This document shows positions 1-7,430 of a DNA stretch of 43,339 bases, piece after piece. Position 1 is the stretch's first letter; every line of letters begins with the position of its first letter. A model generated the notes under the pieces. That model ran no database searches, was not told the origin of the DNA, and saw only the letters and a program-made list of their open reading frames with translations. The stretch comes from Candidatus Uhrbacteria bacterium. GTDB lineage: Bacteria; Patescibacteriota; Patescibacteriia; JACQSD01. A program made the translations under genes and the position numbers. The stretch covers positions 1 through 43,339 of the forward strand of contig JACQSD010000040.1 in the NCBI GenBank assembly GCA_016206165.1, read 5' to 3'.

Positions 1-38
1 ATTTAGAGTTTCGGATTTAGAGTTTAGAATTTCCGATC
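1..38. repeat. TTTAGAG/TTTAGAA word repeat upstream of the first CDS
   Basis: ATTTAGAGTTTCGGATTTAGAGTTTAGAATTTCCGATC. The window edge truncates it. Confidence 0.8.
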
Positions 39-39
39 T

Positions 40-726
40 GTGGTTTCCTTCCACCAACGATACGTGAGCGAAGCAATGGTTTTTCATGAGCAGTTTCGCA
101 CTGCTCGTGTTCGTCGTCGTTGGACAATCGAGCGCGCAGCACAAGAACTCTCTATTGCACCTATGTACTTGCAGGCGATTGAAGAAGGGCGATGGTCTTC
201 GCTCCCGGGCGGGCTCTATGCGCGGCAATTCGTGCGGCGCTATGCGGAACTCTTAAATCTCGATCGGAGCGAAATCACTGCGCTCTTTGATGAGACGGCA
301 AGTGCAGCATGGGAGTCGCTTGAACGCCGGCAACTTGATGTCCCACAGATTCCACGAATTGCGTTTTCGCTCTGGCGCATGCTCCGCGTGGTTGGGGGCG
401 TTGCCGTCATTGGAGTCGTTGGATTTTATTTTTGGTCGGTTGGCTCGGCCATGCTTGAGCCGACACTGCTCGAGATCGATCTCCCACAATCCGAAATCGT
501 GATTACGGAACCCACATTTGTCGTGAAAGGGAAGAGCGATGCAGAGGCACAACTTACGGTGAATGGCATGGCATTACCCCTTCGCCCGGATGGGAGCTTC
601 GAAACATCACTCATGCTTCTTGAGGGACAAAATACCATTCGTCTTGTCGCTGAACGAAAGCAACGAAAACAACATGTGATTGAGCGAGTCGTGACGGTAG
701 TGAATCAAATGCAGAATGCAAAATGA
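40..726 (+). CDS. Helix-turn-helix membrane protein (RodZ-like)
   Basis: 228-aa ORF with GTG at 40 (alternative ATG at 76). It has an N-terminal Xre-type HTH (WTIERAAQELSIAPMYLQAIEEGRW), one hydrophobic helix (VVGGVAVIGVVGFYFWSVG) and a beta-rich C-terminal domain. The last codons (NQMQNAK) read into the left inverted repeat of the next cassette. Confidence 0.6.
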   Translation: MVSFHQRYVSEAMVFHEQFRTARVRRRWTIERAAQELSIAPMYLQAIEEGRWSSLPGGLYARQFVRRYAELLNLDRSEITALFDETASAAWESLERRQLDVPQIPRIAFSLWRMLRVVGGVAVIGVVGFYFWSVGSAMLEPTLLEIDLPQSEIVITEPTFVVKGKSDAEAQLTVNGMALPLRPDGSFETSLMLLEGQNTIRLVAERKQRKQHVIERVVTVVNQMQNAK

Positions 727-1134
727 AGAATGCAGAATTATGACGCACAAAGTAAATGATCTGAAAGAACGAACAAAGAAATATGCATTACGAATCATGA
801 AACTTGTCGCATCTCTTCCAAATACAGTATCCGGGAGGATCATTGGGACACAGTTATTTCGGAGCGGGACGTCGACTGCAGCGAACTATCGCGCAGCATG
901 CCGCGCGCGGTCAAGAGCGGATTTTATCTCAAAGATTGGTATCGTCATTGAAGAAACAGATGAGTCTGCGTTTTGGTTGGAGCTTATTATCGATAGCGGA
1001 TTATTGAAAAAGGAATTAGTCGAAGGCCTGTTGCAGGAAACGAATGAGATTCTTGCGATTATGATTTCATCGAGTAATTCCGCGAGAAAAAACAGATAAT
1101 GTATTCTGCATTTTGCATTTTTAATTCTGCATTT
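707..1134. mobile_element. IVS-like cassette: four-helix-bundle gene bounded by 34-bp imperfect terminal inverted repeats
   Basis: The left repeat at 707-740 is AAATGCAGAATGCAAAATGAAGAATGCAGAATTA. The reverse complement of the right repeat at 1101-1134 is AAATGCAGAATTAAAAATGCAAAATGCAGAATAC. By my count 28 of 34 positions are identical. Confidence 0.6.
740..1099 (+). CDS. Four-helix-bundle protein (23S rRNA intervening-sequence / S23p family)
   Basis: Family pattern recalled: LRIMKLV...QLFRSGTSTAANYRAACRARSRADFISKIGIVIEETDESAFWLELI. The ORF-track start at 716 lies inside the flanking repeat, so ATG 740 (MTHKV) is preferred. Confidence 0.8.
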   Translation: MTHKVNDLKERTKKYALRIMKLVASLPNTVSGRIIGTQLFRSGTSTAANYRAACRARSRADFISKIGIVIEETDESAFWLELIIDSGLLKKELVEGLLQETNEILAIMISSSNSARKNR

Positions 1135-1138
1135 ATCT

Positions 1139-2206
1139 ATGCCTAAAGAGTTACCAGCAAAATTGAAAGCAGTTGGGGAAGCGATTGACCAGATCAAAGA
1201 GCGATTTGGTGACGGGTCAATCATGCGATTTGGCGAGGCAAAGCGATCAATCGTCGAAGCAATCCCCACAGGCTGCCTCTCGCTTGATCTCGCGCTTGGC
1301 GTTGGCGGCGTGCCGCGTGGGCGCATTATTGAAATTTTCGGTATGGAGGCATCGGGGAAAACAACACTCGCACAGCATATTGTGTCCGAGGTGCAGAAGT
1401 TGGGCGGCGTTGCTGCGTTCGTTGATGCGGAGCATGCGCTTGATCCCGAGTATGCAAAAAAGATTGGAGTCAAGGTTGATGAGCTCTTGATTTCGCAGCC
1501 AGACACCGGTGAGCAGGCGCTCGAGATTGTCGAAACACTCGTCCGATCAAATGCAGTGGACGTGATCGTTATTGACTCGGTTGCCGCGCTTGTGCCAAAA
1601 GCAGAAATTGAGGGAGAGATGGGGGATTCACACATGGGGTTACAAGCACGACTGATGAGCCAGGCACTCCGGAAGCTTACGGGCATTGTTTCAAAAACAA
1701 AAACCACTGTTATTTTTATCAACCAGATCCGCATGAAGATCGGTATTGTATTTGGAAATCCGGAAACGACGACGGGCGGCACCGCGCTCAAGTTTTATTC
1801 CTCGGTTCGTATTGAGGTGCGTCGTTCTGCGCAGATTAAGCAGGGGGATAAGATTATCGGCAATCGTGTGAAGGCAAAGATTGTGAAAAACAAAGTCGCG
1901 TCGCCATTTCGGACGACGGAATTCGACATCATGTACAACGAAGGCATATCGGTCGCAGGAGATTTGCTCGATACGGGAGTGATTCTTGAGGTGGTAAAGA
2001 AGAATGGCAACTCCTATAGTTACGGCGAAACAAAGCTTGGTGTGGGGCGTGAAACGGCAAAGCAGTATCTTCGTGAGAATCCAAAACTCTTGGCAGAGAT
2101 TCGAGCGAAATGTATCGCGGCAGCAGAAACCAAAGAGCACGGTGAGATCACGAAAGGGGTGAACGGCGGCGAAGATGATGATGTCACTCCACCACCAGAG
2201 GAGTAG
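1139..2206 (+). CDS. recA: Recombinase RecA
   Basis: 355 aa. Walker [22 protein letters not shown], and the L2 region [22 protein letters not shown]. The C-terminus is an acidic tail. Confidence 0.97.
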   Translation: MPKELPAKLKAVGEAIDQIKERFGDGSIMRFGEAKRSIVEAIPTGCLSLDLALGVGGVPRGRIIEIFGMEASGKTTLAQHIVSEVQKLGGVAAFVDAEHALDPEYAKKIGVKVDELLISQPDTGEQALEIVETLVRSNAVDVIVIDSVAALVPKAEIEGEMGDSHMGLQARLMSQALRKLTGIVSKTKTTVIFINQIRMKIGIVFGNPETTTGGTALKFYSSVRIEVRRSAQIKQGDKIIGNRVKAKIVKNKVASPFRTTEFDIMYNEGISVAGDLLDTGVILEVVKKNGNSYSYGETKLGVGRETAKQYLRENPKLLAEIRAKCIAAAETKEHGEITKGVNGGEDDDVTPPPEE

Positions 2207-2212
2207 ATAAAT

Positions 2213-2282
2213 TTCCCTCTCCTCGAGGAGAGGGGTTCCTGGCGGGCCGAGCGAGCGTAGGCCCAGGGAAGGGTGAGGTTCT
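2213..2282. repeat. Family-A palindromic element (inner hairpin, nested foreign hairpin, right outer arm)
   Basis: CCCTCTCCTCGAGGAGAGGGG, then CCTGGCGGGCC...GGCCCAGG, then AGGGTGAGGTT. It follows the recA stop directly. Confidence 0.85.
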
Positions 2283-2293
2283 CTAAAAGAAAC

Positions 2294-2327
2294 AACCCCG
2301 ACGCGCGTGAGCGGTCGGGTTATTTTT
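2294..2327 (+). terminator. recA intrinsic terminator
   Basis: AACCCCGAC...GTCGGGTT followed by ATTTTTAC. Confidence 0.6.
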
Positions 2328-2595
2328 ACCCGAGGGGTTTCTATGATTCTCTATGAAATGTTGCGATAGCAACAAAATATAGAGCAATTGATTTTCTTGT
2401 AAATTTTATTTTTGTCCCGGTCGGGACATTATTGATATTTTCAAAACATGTCCGGTCGGACATAAAGTGGAATAACATCCGCCTCTCGCCCTCGGTATAC
2501 CTCCGTCCGGCATGCGCCGGACTGCGGGGCTAAGCCATTCGGCAAACGCGGCGGATTTGTAACTGCCAGCCACACAGGGCGCGGGGCCAGTTACA

Positions 2596-2630
2596 AAAAG
2601 AACCGCTGGGTGGCGGTTTCGGTTCTTCAC
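2596..2630 (-). terminator. hepT intrinsic terminator
   Basis: On the minus strand: AACCGC-CACCCA-GCGGTT followed by CTTTTTG. Confidence 0.65.
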
Positions 2631-2657
2631 ACTAAAGAACTCCTCGACAATGCAAGG

Positions 2658-2981
2658 TTACTGTAGACCTTTTAAGAGTGTAGGGATTTCTCTCACAGCG
2701 ACATCATAGACGATTGCAATATCAACGTCCATATAGTCATGAACCAGTTTATCACGCATTGCCATAACTTTTCTCCATTCGACATGAGGATATTTCGCTC
2801 GAGATTCTTTTGAAAGTCGTTTTGATGCCTCGCCTATGTTTTCGATAAGTTTAATGATCGCGAATTGAAGCTGTTCATTGTGTGTGAATTGTTCGGATGA
2901 GATGCCTGATGTGAATTGGATAACCTTATCACAAAATTCTCTGATCTCCTGAAGGTAGATATTATCTCTGTCCATACACAA
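2658..2981 (-). CDS. hepT: HepT-like (DUF86) toxin of a type VII toxin-antitoxin pair
   Basis: 107 aa. The Rx4HxY catalytic motif is present as RDKLVHDY. The gene overlaps the upstream nucleotidyltransferase gene by 20 nt. Confidence 0.8.
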   Translation of the reverse strand: MCMDRDNIYLQEIREFCDKVIQFTSGISSEQFTHNEQLQFAIIKLIENIGEASKRLSKESRAKYPHVEWRKVMAMRDKLVHDYMDVDIAIVYDVAVREIPTLLKGLQ

Positions 2982-3252
2982 GTTTAAGATCGCGCTCGAT
3001 CTCCGGGCGAAGGAATTTATTCACACCGCCTTCAGTGATAAGATCGATGTCGATATTGAGCACTTCGCGAAGTTCTTGGTCAAGCTGGAGATAACGAGAG
3101 AAGGTTGGATACCCATTAAATTTAACAAGTATGTCAATATCGCTTTTTGGGGTTGCTTGGCCACGTGCAATACTACCAAAAACACCCGCGTATTGGATAT
3201 CAGCGCGCTGGAGAACCGGTTTTATTTTTTCTTGCAATGTGGTGAGCTCCAT
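2962..3252 (-). CDS. mntA: MntA-like minimal nucleotidyltransferase antitoxin
   Basis: The motif GVFGSIARGQATPKSDIDILV matches GS-x(9-11)-DxD of minimal NTases. ATG at 3252 (MELTTLQEK) is preferred, because the ORF-track start at 3294 lies inside the efp terminator hairpin. Confidence 0.8.
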   Translation of the reverse strand: MELTTLQEKIKPVLQRADIQYAGVFGSIARGQATPKSDIDILVKFNGYPTFSRYLQLDQELREVLNIDIDLITEGGVNKFLRPEIERDLKLVYGQR

Positions 3253-3260
3253 ATGCGATG

Positions 3261-3290
3261 AGTGTATCATGATTTTTAGCGTGATGTCCA
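3261..3290 (-). promoter_or_regulatory. Putative promoter of mntA-hepT (near-leaderless)
   Basis: On the minus strand: TGGACA, 18-nt spacer, TACACT, then 8 nt before the ATG. Confidence 0.4.
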
Positions 3291-3291
3291 G

Positions 3292-3320
3292 CACAAAGAA
3301 AACCGCCGGGAGGCGGTTAT
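3292..3320 (-). terminator. efp intrinsic terminator
   Basis: On the minus strand: AACCGCC-TCCC-GGCGGTT followed by TTCTTTGTG. Confidence 0.65.
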
Positions 3321-3322
3321 GT

Positions 3323-3379
3323 TGTCATCCCGGGCTACGACCCGGGATCCATGGATGCCGGATCAAGTCCGGCATGACA
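3323..3379. repeat. Compound palindromic element (TGTCAT...ATGACA ends with two internal hairpins)
   Basis: TGTCATCCCGGGCTACGACCCGGGATCCATGGATGCCGGATCAAGTCCGGCATGACA. The internal hairpins are ATCCCGGG/CCCGGGAT and TGCCGGA/TCCGGCA. Confidence 0.8.
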
Positions 3380-3383
3380 TTTG

Positions 3384-3971
3384 CTACTTCCTCTTCTCAT
3401 CATCCCCTGCGCGTTCGACGTATTCGCCGGTGTCCGTGTTGATGATGACATCTTCACCTTCTTTAATGAAGAGCGGAGCCTTCACGACAAGACCATTCTC
3501 GAGCGTAATGTCTTTCGTCACACCACCCGCGGAATCTCCGCGCACACTCGGAGGTGCGCTTGTTACCTTGAGGCGCACTTTTGGTGTGATTTCGACGTTG
3601 ATTGGGTTTCCATTGAATTTTAAAATTTGTACTTCTGTCCCTTCCTTCAGATAGTCCTTTTTACTCCCCATGGTTGCGTCATCAAATGAGAACTGTTCAA
3701 AGCTCACATTGTCCATGAAGTGCGACCCTTGATGATCGTTGTACAGAAAATTTGCTTTCACACGCTCAAGATCTGCTTCCTGCACCGATTCTCCTGGATG
3801 AAAACTCACTTCGAGTGTTTTTCCGGTGATCAAATGTCGCAACTTTGTCTGCATCACCGGCTTCCGTTGCTGCATGCGCAAAAAATTCGATGTCTGCACA
3901 ATGTATGGTTCTCCATCACGAAGAATCACGACACCGGGCTTAATGGAATTGAGTGAGGGGAGAACGGACAT
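3384..3971 (-). CDS. efp: Translation elongation factor P
   Basis: The N-terminus IKPGVVILRDGEPYIVQTSNF and the three-domain length fit EF-P. The start is taken at MSVLPS (3971); the ORF track extends to 3986. The loop reads RMQQRKP instead of KPGKGQA. Confidence 0.93.
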   Translation of the reverse strand: MSVLPSLNSIKPGVVILRDGEPYIVQTSNFLRMQQRKPVMQTKLRHLITGKTLEVSFHPGESVQEADLERVKANFLYNDHQGSHFMDNVSFEQFSFDDATMGSKKDYLKEGTEVQILKFNGNPINVEITPKVRLKVTSAPPSVRGDSAGGVTKDITLENGLVVKAPLFIKEGEDVIINTDTGEYVERAGDDEKRK

Positions 3972-3991
3972 TTTGCAACTAGCCACTCGCT

Positions 3992-4019
3992 CCTAGCCAG
4001 AAGCTAGAAGCCAGAAGCA
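3992..4019. repeat. AGCCAGAAG/CTAG word repeat in the rpsR-efp spacer
   Basis: CTAGCCAGAAGCTAGAAGCCAGAAGC. Confidence 0.7.
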
Positions 4020-4023
4020 GATG

Positions 4024-4284
4024 TTAGCTCACGTACGGCACAATCGCCATGAAGCGGGCGCGTTTGATTGCCTCGGCGAGCCGACGCTGATGCTTTGCGC
4101 AGATACCCGTTTTGCGCGTTGGAAGAATTTTTGAGTACGATGACATGAAGCGTCGCAGCGGTACATCATTTTTGTAATCAATGTCATCAATCCCGTGCAT
4201 ACAAAAGTAGCAGGAGAGGTCTTTTCGATAGACGCGGTGTCGCTGGCGCGATCCACCTTGTTTTGGTTTTGTGAGTCGAGGCAT
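4024..4284 (-). CDS. rpsR: 30S ribosomal protein S18
   Basis: 86 aa with CYFC...IDYKNDVPLRRFMSSYSKILPTRKTGICAKHQRRLAEAIKRARFMAIVPY. Confidence 0.95.
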   Translation of the reverse strand: MPRLTKPKQGGSRQRHRVYRKDLSCYFCMHGIDDIDYKNDVPLRRFMSSYSKILPTRKTGICAKHQRRLAEAIKRARFMAIVPYVS

Positions 4285-4286
4285 AA

Positions 4287-4757
4287 TTAAAACGGAATAT
4301 CTTCCACTTTAATATTGTCGTCAGGGGCGGGTTCTGCTGGCACTTCGATTGTCGGTATGGTGTTTCCTGGATTTGTTGACGGCGCTTCGGCTGGTGCGCC
4401 TCCCTCTGGTTTTCCATCAAGCATGATCATGTTGTCGAGAATAATCTCCGTGCGATATTTCTTCACTCCTTGTGGGTCGGCCCAGGATCTCGTCTGGAGG
4501 CGGCCCTCGATATAGACCTTTTTCGCCTTTCGTAAATATTGGCCACAGATCTCTGCAAGCTTGCGCCAGGCAACTACATTGTGAAATTCAGATTTTGATT
4601 GAAGCTGCCCGTTTGTATCTTTCCAGCGAAAACCGGTGGCAACAGAAAATGTGCAGACTTGCGTACCCTGTGGCGTCGTCCGAGACTCCGGGTCAGCGGT
4701 GAGACGGCCAATAAGCATGACTTTGTTTAAATCCACAGTACATGGAGCATGTAGCAT
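4287..4757 (-). CDS. ssb: Single-stranded DNA-binding protein
   Basis: OB-fold N-terminus (V)DLNKVMLIGRLTADPE and the acidic C-terminal tip DIPF. GTG at 4736 would give the canonical MDLNKV start; ATG 4757 lies inside the spacer palindrome. Confidence 0.92.
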   Translation of the reverse strand: MLHAPCTVDLNKVMLIGRLTADPESRTTPQGTQVCTFSVATGFRWKDTNGQLQSKSEFHNVVAWRKLAEICGQYLRKAKKVYIEGRLQTRSWADPQGVKKYRTEIILDNMIMLDGKPEGGAPAEAPSTNPGNTIPTIEVPAEPAPDDNIKVEDIPF

Positions 4758-4806
4758 ATAACATGTAACCTTTCATTTGTTACATGCTTCATGTTACATG
4801 ATGCGT
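4746..4806. repeat. CATGTAAC/GTTACATG word palindrome in the rpsF-ssb spacer
   Basis: AGCATGTAGCATATAACATGTAACCTTTCATTTGTTACATGCTTCATGTTACATGATGC. Confidence 0.8.
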
Positions 4807-4808
4807 GA

Positions 4809-5288
4809 TTAGATTTCTGGTTTTTCGAGCAACTCATCCAACTTTTTTGAAAGTTCTTCTGTCGAGAGTTGCGGTGCCGGAGGAACGACTGCTGCTGCAG
4901 CGATCGGTTCTGGTGTCGCAACCTCAACACGTGCGGCATGTGCCATCTGTCGTGCGAGTTTTTCTTGTAATGCGCGCTCGCGGGCAAGTTGCTCCTCGGA
5001 TTTTGTTGGGATCTTCACGATCTGAAATCGCAATATTTCTGGCATGAGTTGTAATGATTGCTCGAGCGGTTTCACGTGCTCCGATTCCATGTCGAATTGC
5101 ACGAGTTCATATGTCCCGTGTGTTGACGCTTTAATTTTGTACGCAAGTTTCCTCCGTCCAAGGTGATCTTCTCGGACAATGGTTGCTTGAGAACCGCGGA
5201 TTTTTTCCGTGATTTGACTTGCGATTGCCGCAACCTCTGTATCCGCAACGTGTTGCGGGAGGATCGCAAGGAGTTCGTATCGTTGCAT
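4809..5288 (-). CDS. rpsF: 30S ribosomal protein S6 with a C-terminal extension
   Basis: MQRYELLAILP...HLGRRKLAYKI. It is the first gene of an rpsF-ssb-rpsR operon. Confidence 0.93.
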   Translation of the reverse strand: MQRYELLAILPQHVADTEVAAIASQITEKIRGSQATIVREDHLGRRKLAYKIKASTHGTYELVQFDMESEHVKPLEQSLQLMPEILRFQIVKIPTKSEEQLARERALQEKLARQMAHAARVEVATPEPIAAAAVVPPAPQLSTEELSKKLDELLEKPEI

Positions 5289-5467
5289 GAATGGGTCACG
5301 ATCATCTCCTCATTCCGATCCAGACGAGTCGTCCGGATATGGCCCCTCCGGCGAGCCGGAGGGCAGAATCAACAGAGTATCGTGCCTTTTTGAACGTTCG
5401 CCCATGGTATCATAAGGGCAGGAACTGTGCAAGGGGGTTATTTTATGGCATAGTAAGAGGAGTTATG

Positions 5468-5606
5468 CCCTGTAGTGAAACTTCGCCCATCAGCTTGCGG
5501 TTGATTGATGAACGACAAGAAAGTGGAAATATTGAAGGACTCAAAAATAATGACATGCTTTATTCTTGGGATCCGTGAGGATCTCAGGCGAAGTTCTACT
5601 ACAGGG
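5468..5606. repeat. 139-nt element with 20-nt terminal inverted repeats (MITE-like, or a long-range 5' UTR helix)
   Basis: CCCTGTAGTGAAACTTCGCC at 5468-5487 pairs with GGCGAAGTTCTACTACAGGG at 5587-5606, giving 19 of 20 pairs including one G.U. The element ends 1 nt before the methyltransferase ATG. Confidence 0.7.
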
Positions 5607-5607
5607 T

Positions 5608-6816
5608 ATGCAGATTTTTTTCATTCTTGGTTCGCATCCTGCACTCTCGATCGCGGAAATTACCGCGGTGCTCACGATGCGACAGATTGCATGGAAGAAT
5701 GTCACATCCTCAAATGAGGCGCTTATTCTTGATGTGCCAAAAGCAGTGGCGATTGACATTGCTTGGTTCGGCGGCGTTATCAAAATAGGTACAATCATCA
5801 CGACCACAACCGTCCGACTTTTGATCCGATCGGATCAAAAGTCGTTCATCACTCTTTTGCATCGCTCGGATGATGCGCGGAGGGTACAGTTTGGCGTGAG
5901 TGTCTACAAAGGGGAACAAGGAGTGCAGGTGGATACGTATAGGGCATTGGGTCAGCGTGTGGGGATGATGACGAAGCAGGCATTGCAGCAGCAAGGAGTC
6001 TCGGTACGGTTTGTGACGTCAAAGGAACGCGTGCTCTCATCGGTCATCGTTACGAAGGAGCATCTCCTCGAGCACGGCGCAGAGTTTGTTTTCATAGTCA
6101 CACGCGATCGTGTGTTCGTTGGGGCGACAACTGCGGTGCAAGCATTTGAAGAGTATGGTGCACGGGATTTTGGGCGCCCTGTTTCTGATGCGCGATCGGG
6201 CATGCTCCCGCCGAAGGTGGCAAAGATGATGGTGAATCTCACGGCAACCTCACCCCGACCCTCTCCTACAAGGAGAGGGGGAGATGTGGTTATTCTCGAT
6301 CCCTTCTGCGGGAGTGGGACCATTCTTCAAGAAGCACTGCTTCTGGGGTATACTGTGATCGGGTCAGATAAATCCCCGTCGGCAATTAAAGATGCAAAAA
6401 AAAACCTTACGTGGTTAAGAAATAATTTCCCAGTATCCCAGTATCCCAGTTTTCAAGTTTTTCAATCAGATATTAGGAAACTGGGAGATTACGTATCGCC
6501 ATCTTCCATTGATGCCATTGTCACTGAACCTTATCTTGGCCCTGCATTGCGTGCAATTCCCACAGAAGATAAATTGAAGCCTGTACTCCAAGAGCTCACG
6601 CAATTGTATGTTGATGCATTTGAAATTTTTTCACGGATCGTGAAACCAGGAGGGCGCGTCGTTTTTATCTTCCCTGTATTTCAAACTACCCCGCCAACCG
6701 CACTCTCGACGTTTGTACTACCGAAGATTACATGGAAACTCGAACAGACATTCCTCTACGGTCGCCCTGGGCAGAAGGTGTGGAGGGAAATTGGAATTTT
6801 TGAACGTAAGAACTAA
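5608..6816 (+). CDS. SAM-dependent RNA methyltransferase (Trm11/UPF0020-like)
   Basis: SAM motif I DPFCGSGTILQEA and motif IV VTEPYLG. The start is taken at MQIFFILGSHPALSIAEI (5608); the ORF track begins at 5566, inside an upstream helix. The gene carries an in-frame family-A repeat (TSPRPSPTRRGGDV). Confidence 0.72.
   Translation: MQIFFILGSHPALSIAEITAVLTMRQIAWKNVTSSNEALILDVPKAVAIDIAWFGGVIKIGTIITTTTVRLLIRSDQKSFITLLHRSDDARRVQFGVSVYKGEQGVQVDTYRALGQRVGMMTKQALQQQGVSVRFVTSKERVLSSVIVTKEHLLEHGAEFVFIVTRDRVFVGATTAVQAFEEYGARDFGRPVSDARSGMLPPKVAKMMVNLTATSPRPSPTRRGGDVVILDPFCGSGTILQEALLLGYTVIGSDKSPSAIKDAKKNLTWLRNNFPVSQYPSFQVFQSDIRKLGDYVSPSSIDAIVTEPYLGPALRAIPTEDKLKPVLQELTQLYVDAFEIFSRIVKPGGRVVFIFPVFQTTPPTALSTFVLPKITWKLEQTFLYGRPGQKVWREIGIFERKN
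6246..6291. repeat. Family-A element, in frame in the methyltransferase CDS
   Basis: AACCTCACCCCGACCCTCTCCTACAAGGAGAGGGGGAGATGTGGTT, translated TSPRPSPTRRGGDVV. Confidence 0.9.
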
Positions 6817-6866
6817 AGAACTCATGAACGTAGGAACAGATTTTGTTCATTCGTTCATCGGTTCTT
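6816..6866. repeat. GAAC-word hairpin between the methyltransferase and NUDIX genes
   Basis: AAGAACTCATGAACGTAGGAACA compared with the reverse complement of TGTTCATTCGTTCATCGGTTCTT gives 19 of 23 matches. Confidence 0.8.
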
Positions 6867-6878
6867 TCGTGACGCCGT

Positions 6879-7364
6879 ATGGTCCGAAAGACTATTTCTC
6901 TCTTTCTCTATCTTCCAAAAACACACGAGGTTGTGTTGTCGCGGCGGCGGGAGAATCAATCATATCCGGGGCTGTTGCAGCCGACGGCGCATGGGGATAT
7001 TGAGGAAGGTGAGGATGAAGTTGCTGCAGTTGCACGCGAGTTGAAAGAAGAAACTGGGCTCGGCGTTGAGCGCGTGCTTGAGCTTCGGCGTATTTCAAGC
7101 CGATCGTCGCTCACCGTGACATCAAAGTCTCCGTTTTATACATTTTACTGGATTGGTGGTATTGATGGCCGCAGCGCGAATCTATTGAAGCCAACTCCCG
7201 AGGTGTCGGAATTTCATCGGGTGTTGCAGGAGCATTTTGAGACCATTCGAAAATTTTCGCAATACAAAGACGCGAGTCGATCATATCTCTTTCGTGAGCC
7301 CACCATGTTCGACGACGACCGCGAAGTGCTCGCGGCTGTGTTTGAGACGATTATGAGGGGGTAG
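6879..7364 (+). CDS. NUDIX hydrolase
   Basis: Complete Nudix box GDIEEGEDEVAAVARELKEETGL (Gx5Ex7REx2EExGU). Confidence 0.85.
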   Translation: MVRKTISLFLYLPKTHEVVLSRRRENQSYPGLLQPTAHGDIEEGEDEVAAVARELKEETGLGVERVLELRRISSRSSLTVTSKSPFYTFYWIGGIDGRSANLLKPTPEVSEFHRVLQEHFETIRKFSQYKDASRSYLFREPTMFDDDREVLAAVFETIMRG

Positions 7365-7413
7365 CCGCAACCTTTAGGTTGCGTCGATGTGCGCCGGCTG
7401 AAGCCGTCGGCTA
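7361..7413 (+). terminator. Compound hairpin after the NUDIX gene
   Basis: The outer stem GTAGCCG/CGGCTAC encloses CGCAACC-TTTA-GGTTGCG and a GCCGGC-type hairpin. The tail is weakly T-rich. Confidence 0.4.
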
Positions 7414-7430
7414 CAATTTGATTTGGTTGG

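Noticed and set aside
707-1134. The IVS-type cassette as a sign of an rRNA operon
   Set aside because: No 16S, 23S or 5S rRNA sequence is present anywhere in the window. The cassette lies between two protein-coding genes.
2440-2600. SRP RNA, tmRNA, RNase P RNA or 6S RNA in the structured spacer
   Set aside because: I could not find the hallmark motifs on either strand. There is no GGAA-capped AGCAGC domain IV helix (SRP). There is no GGGG...tag ORF...CCA architecture (tmRNA). There is no GAGGAAAGTCCGGGC P4 strand (RNase P). I left it as an unclassified candidate.
2406-2630. The 74-aa ORF on the minus strand in the recA-hepT spacer
   Set aside because: Its composition is Arg/Pro/Gly/Cys-rich, it has no RBS, and it spans hairpins and the hepT terminator. 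I treat the region as non-coding structured DNA or RNA.
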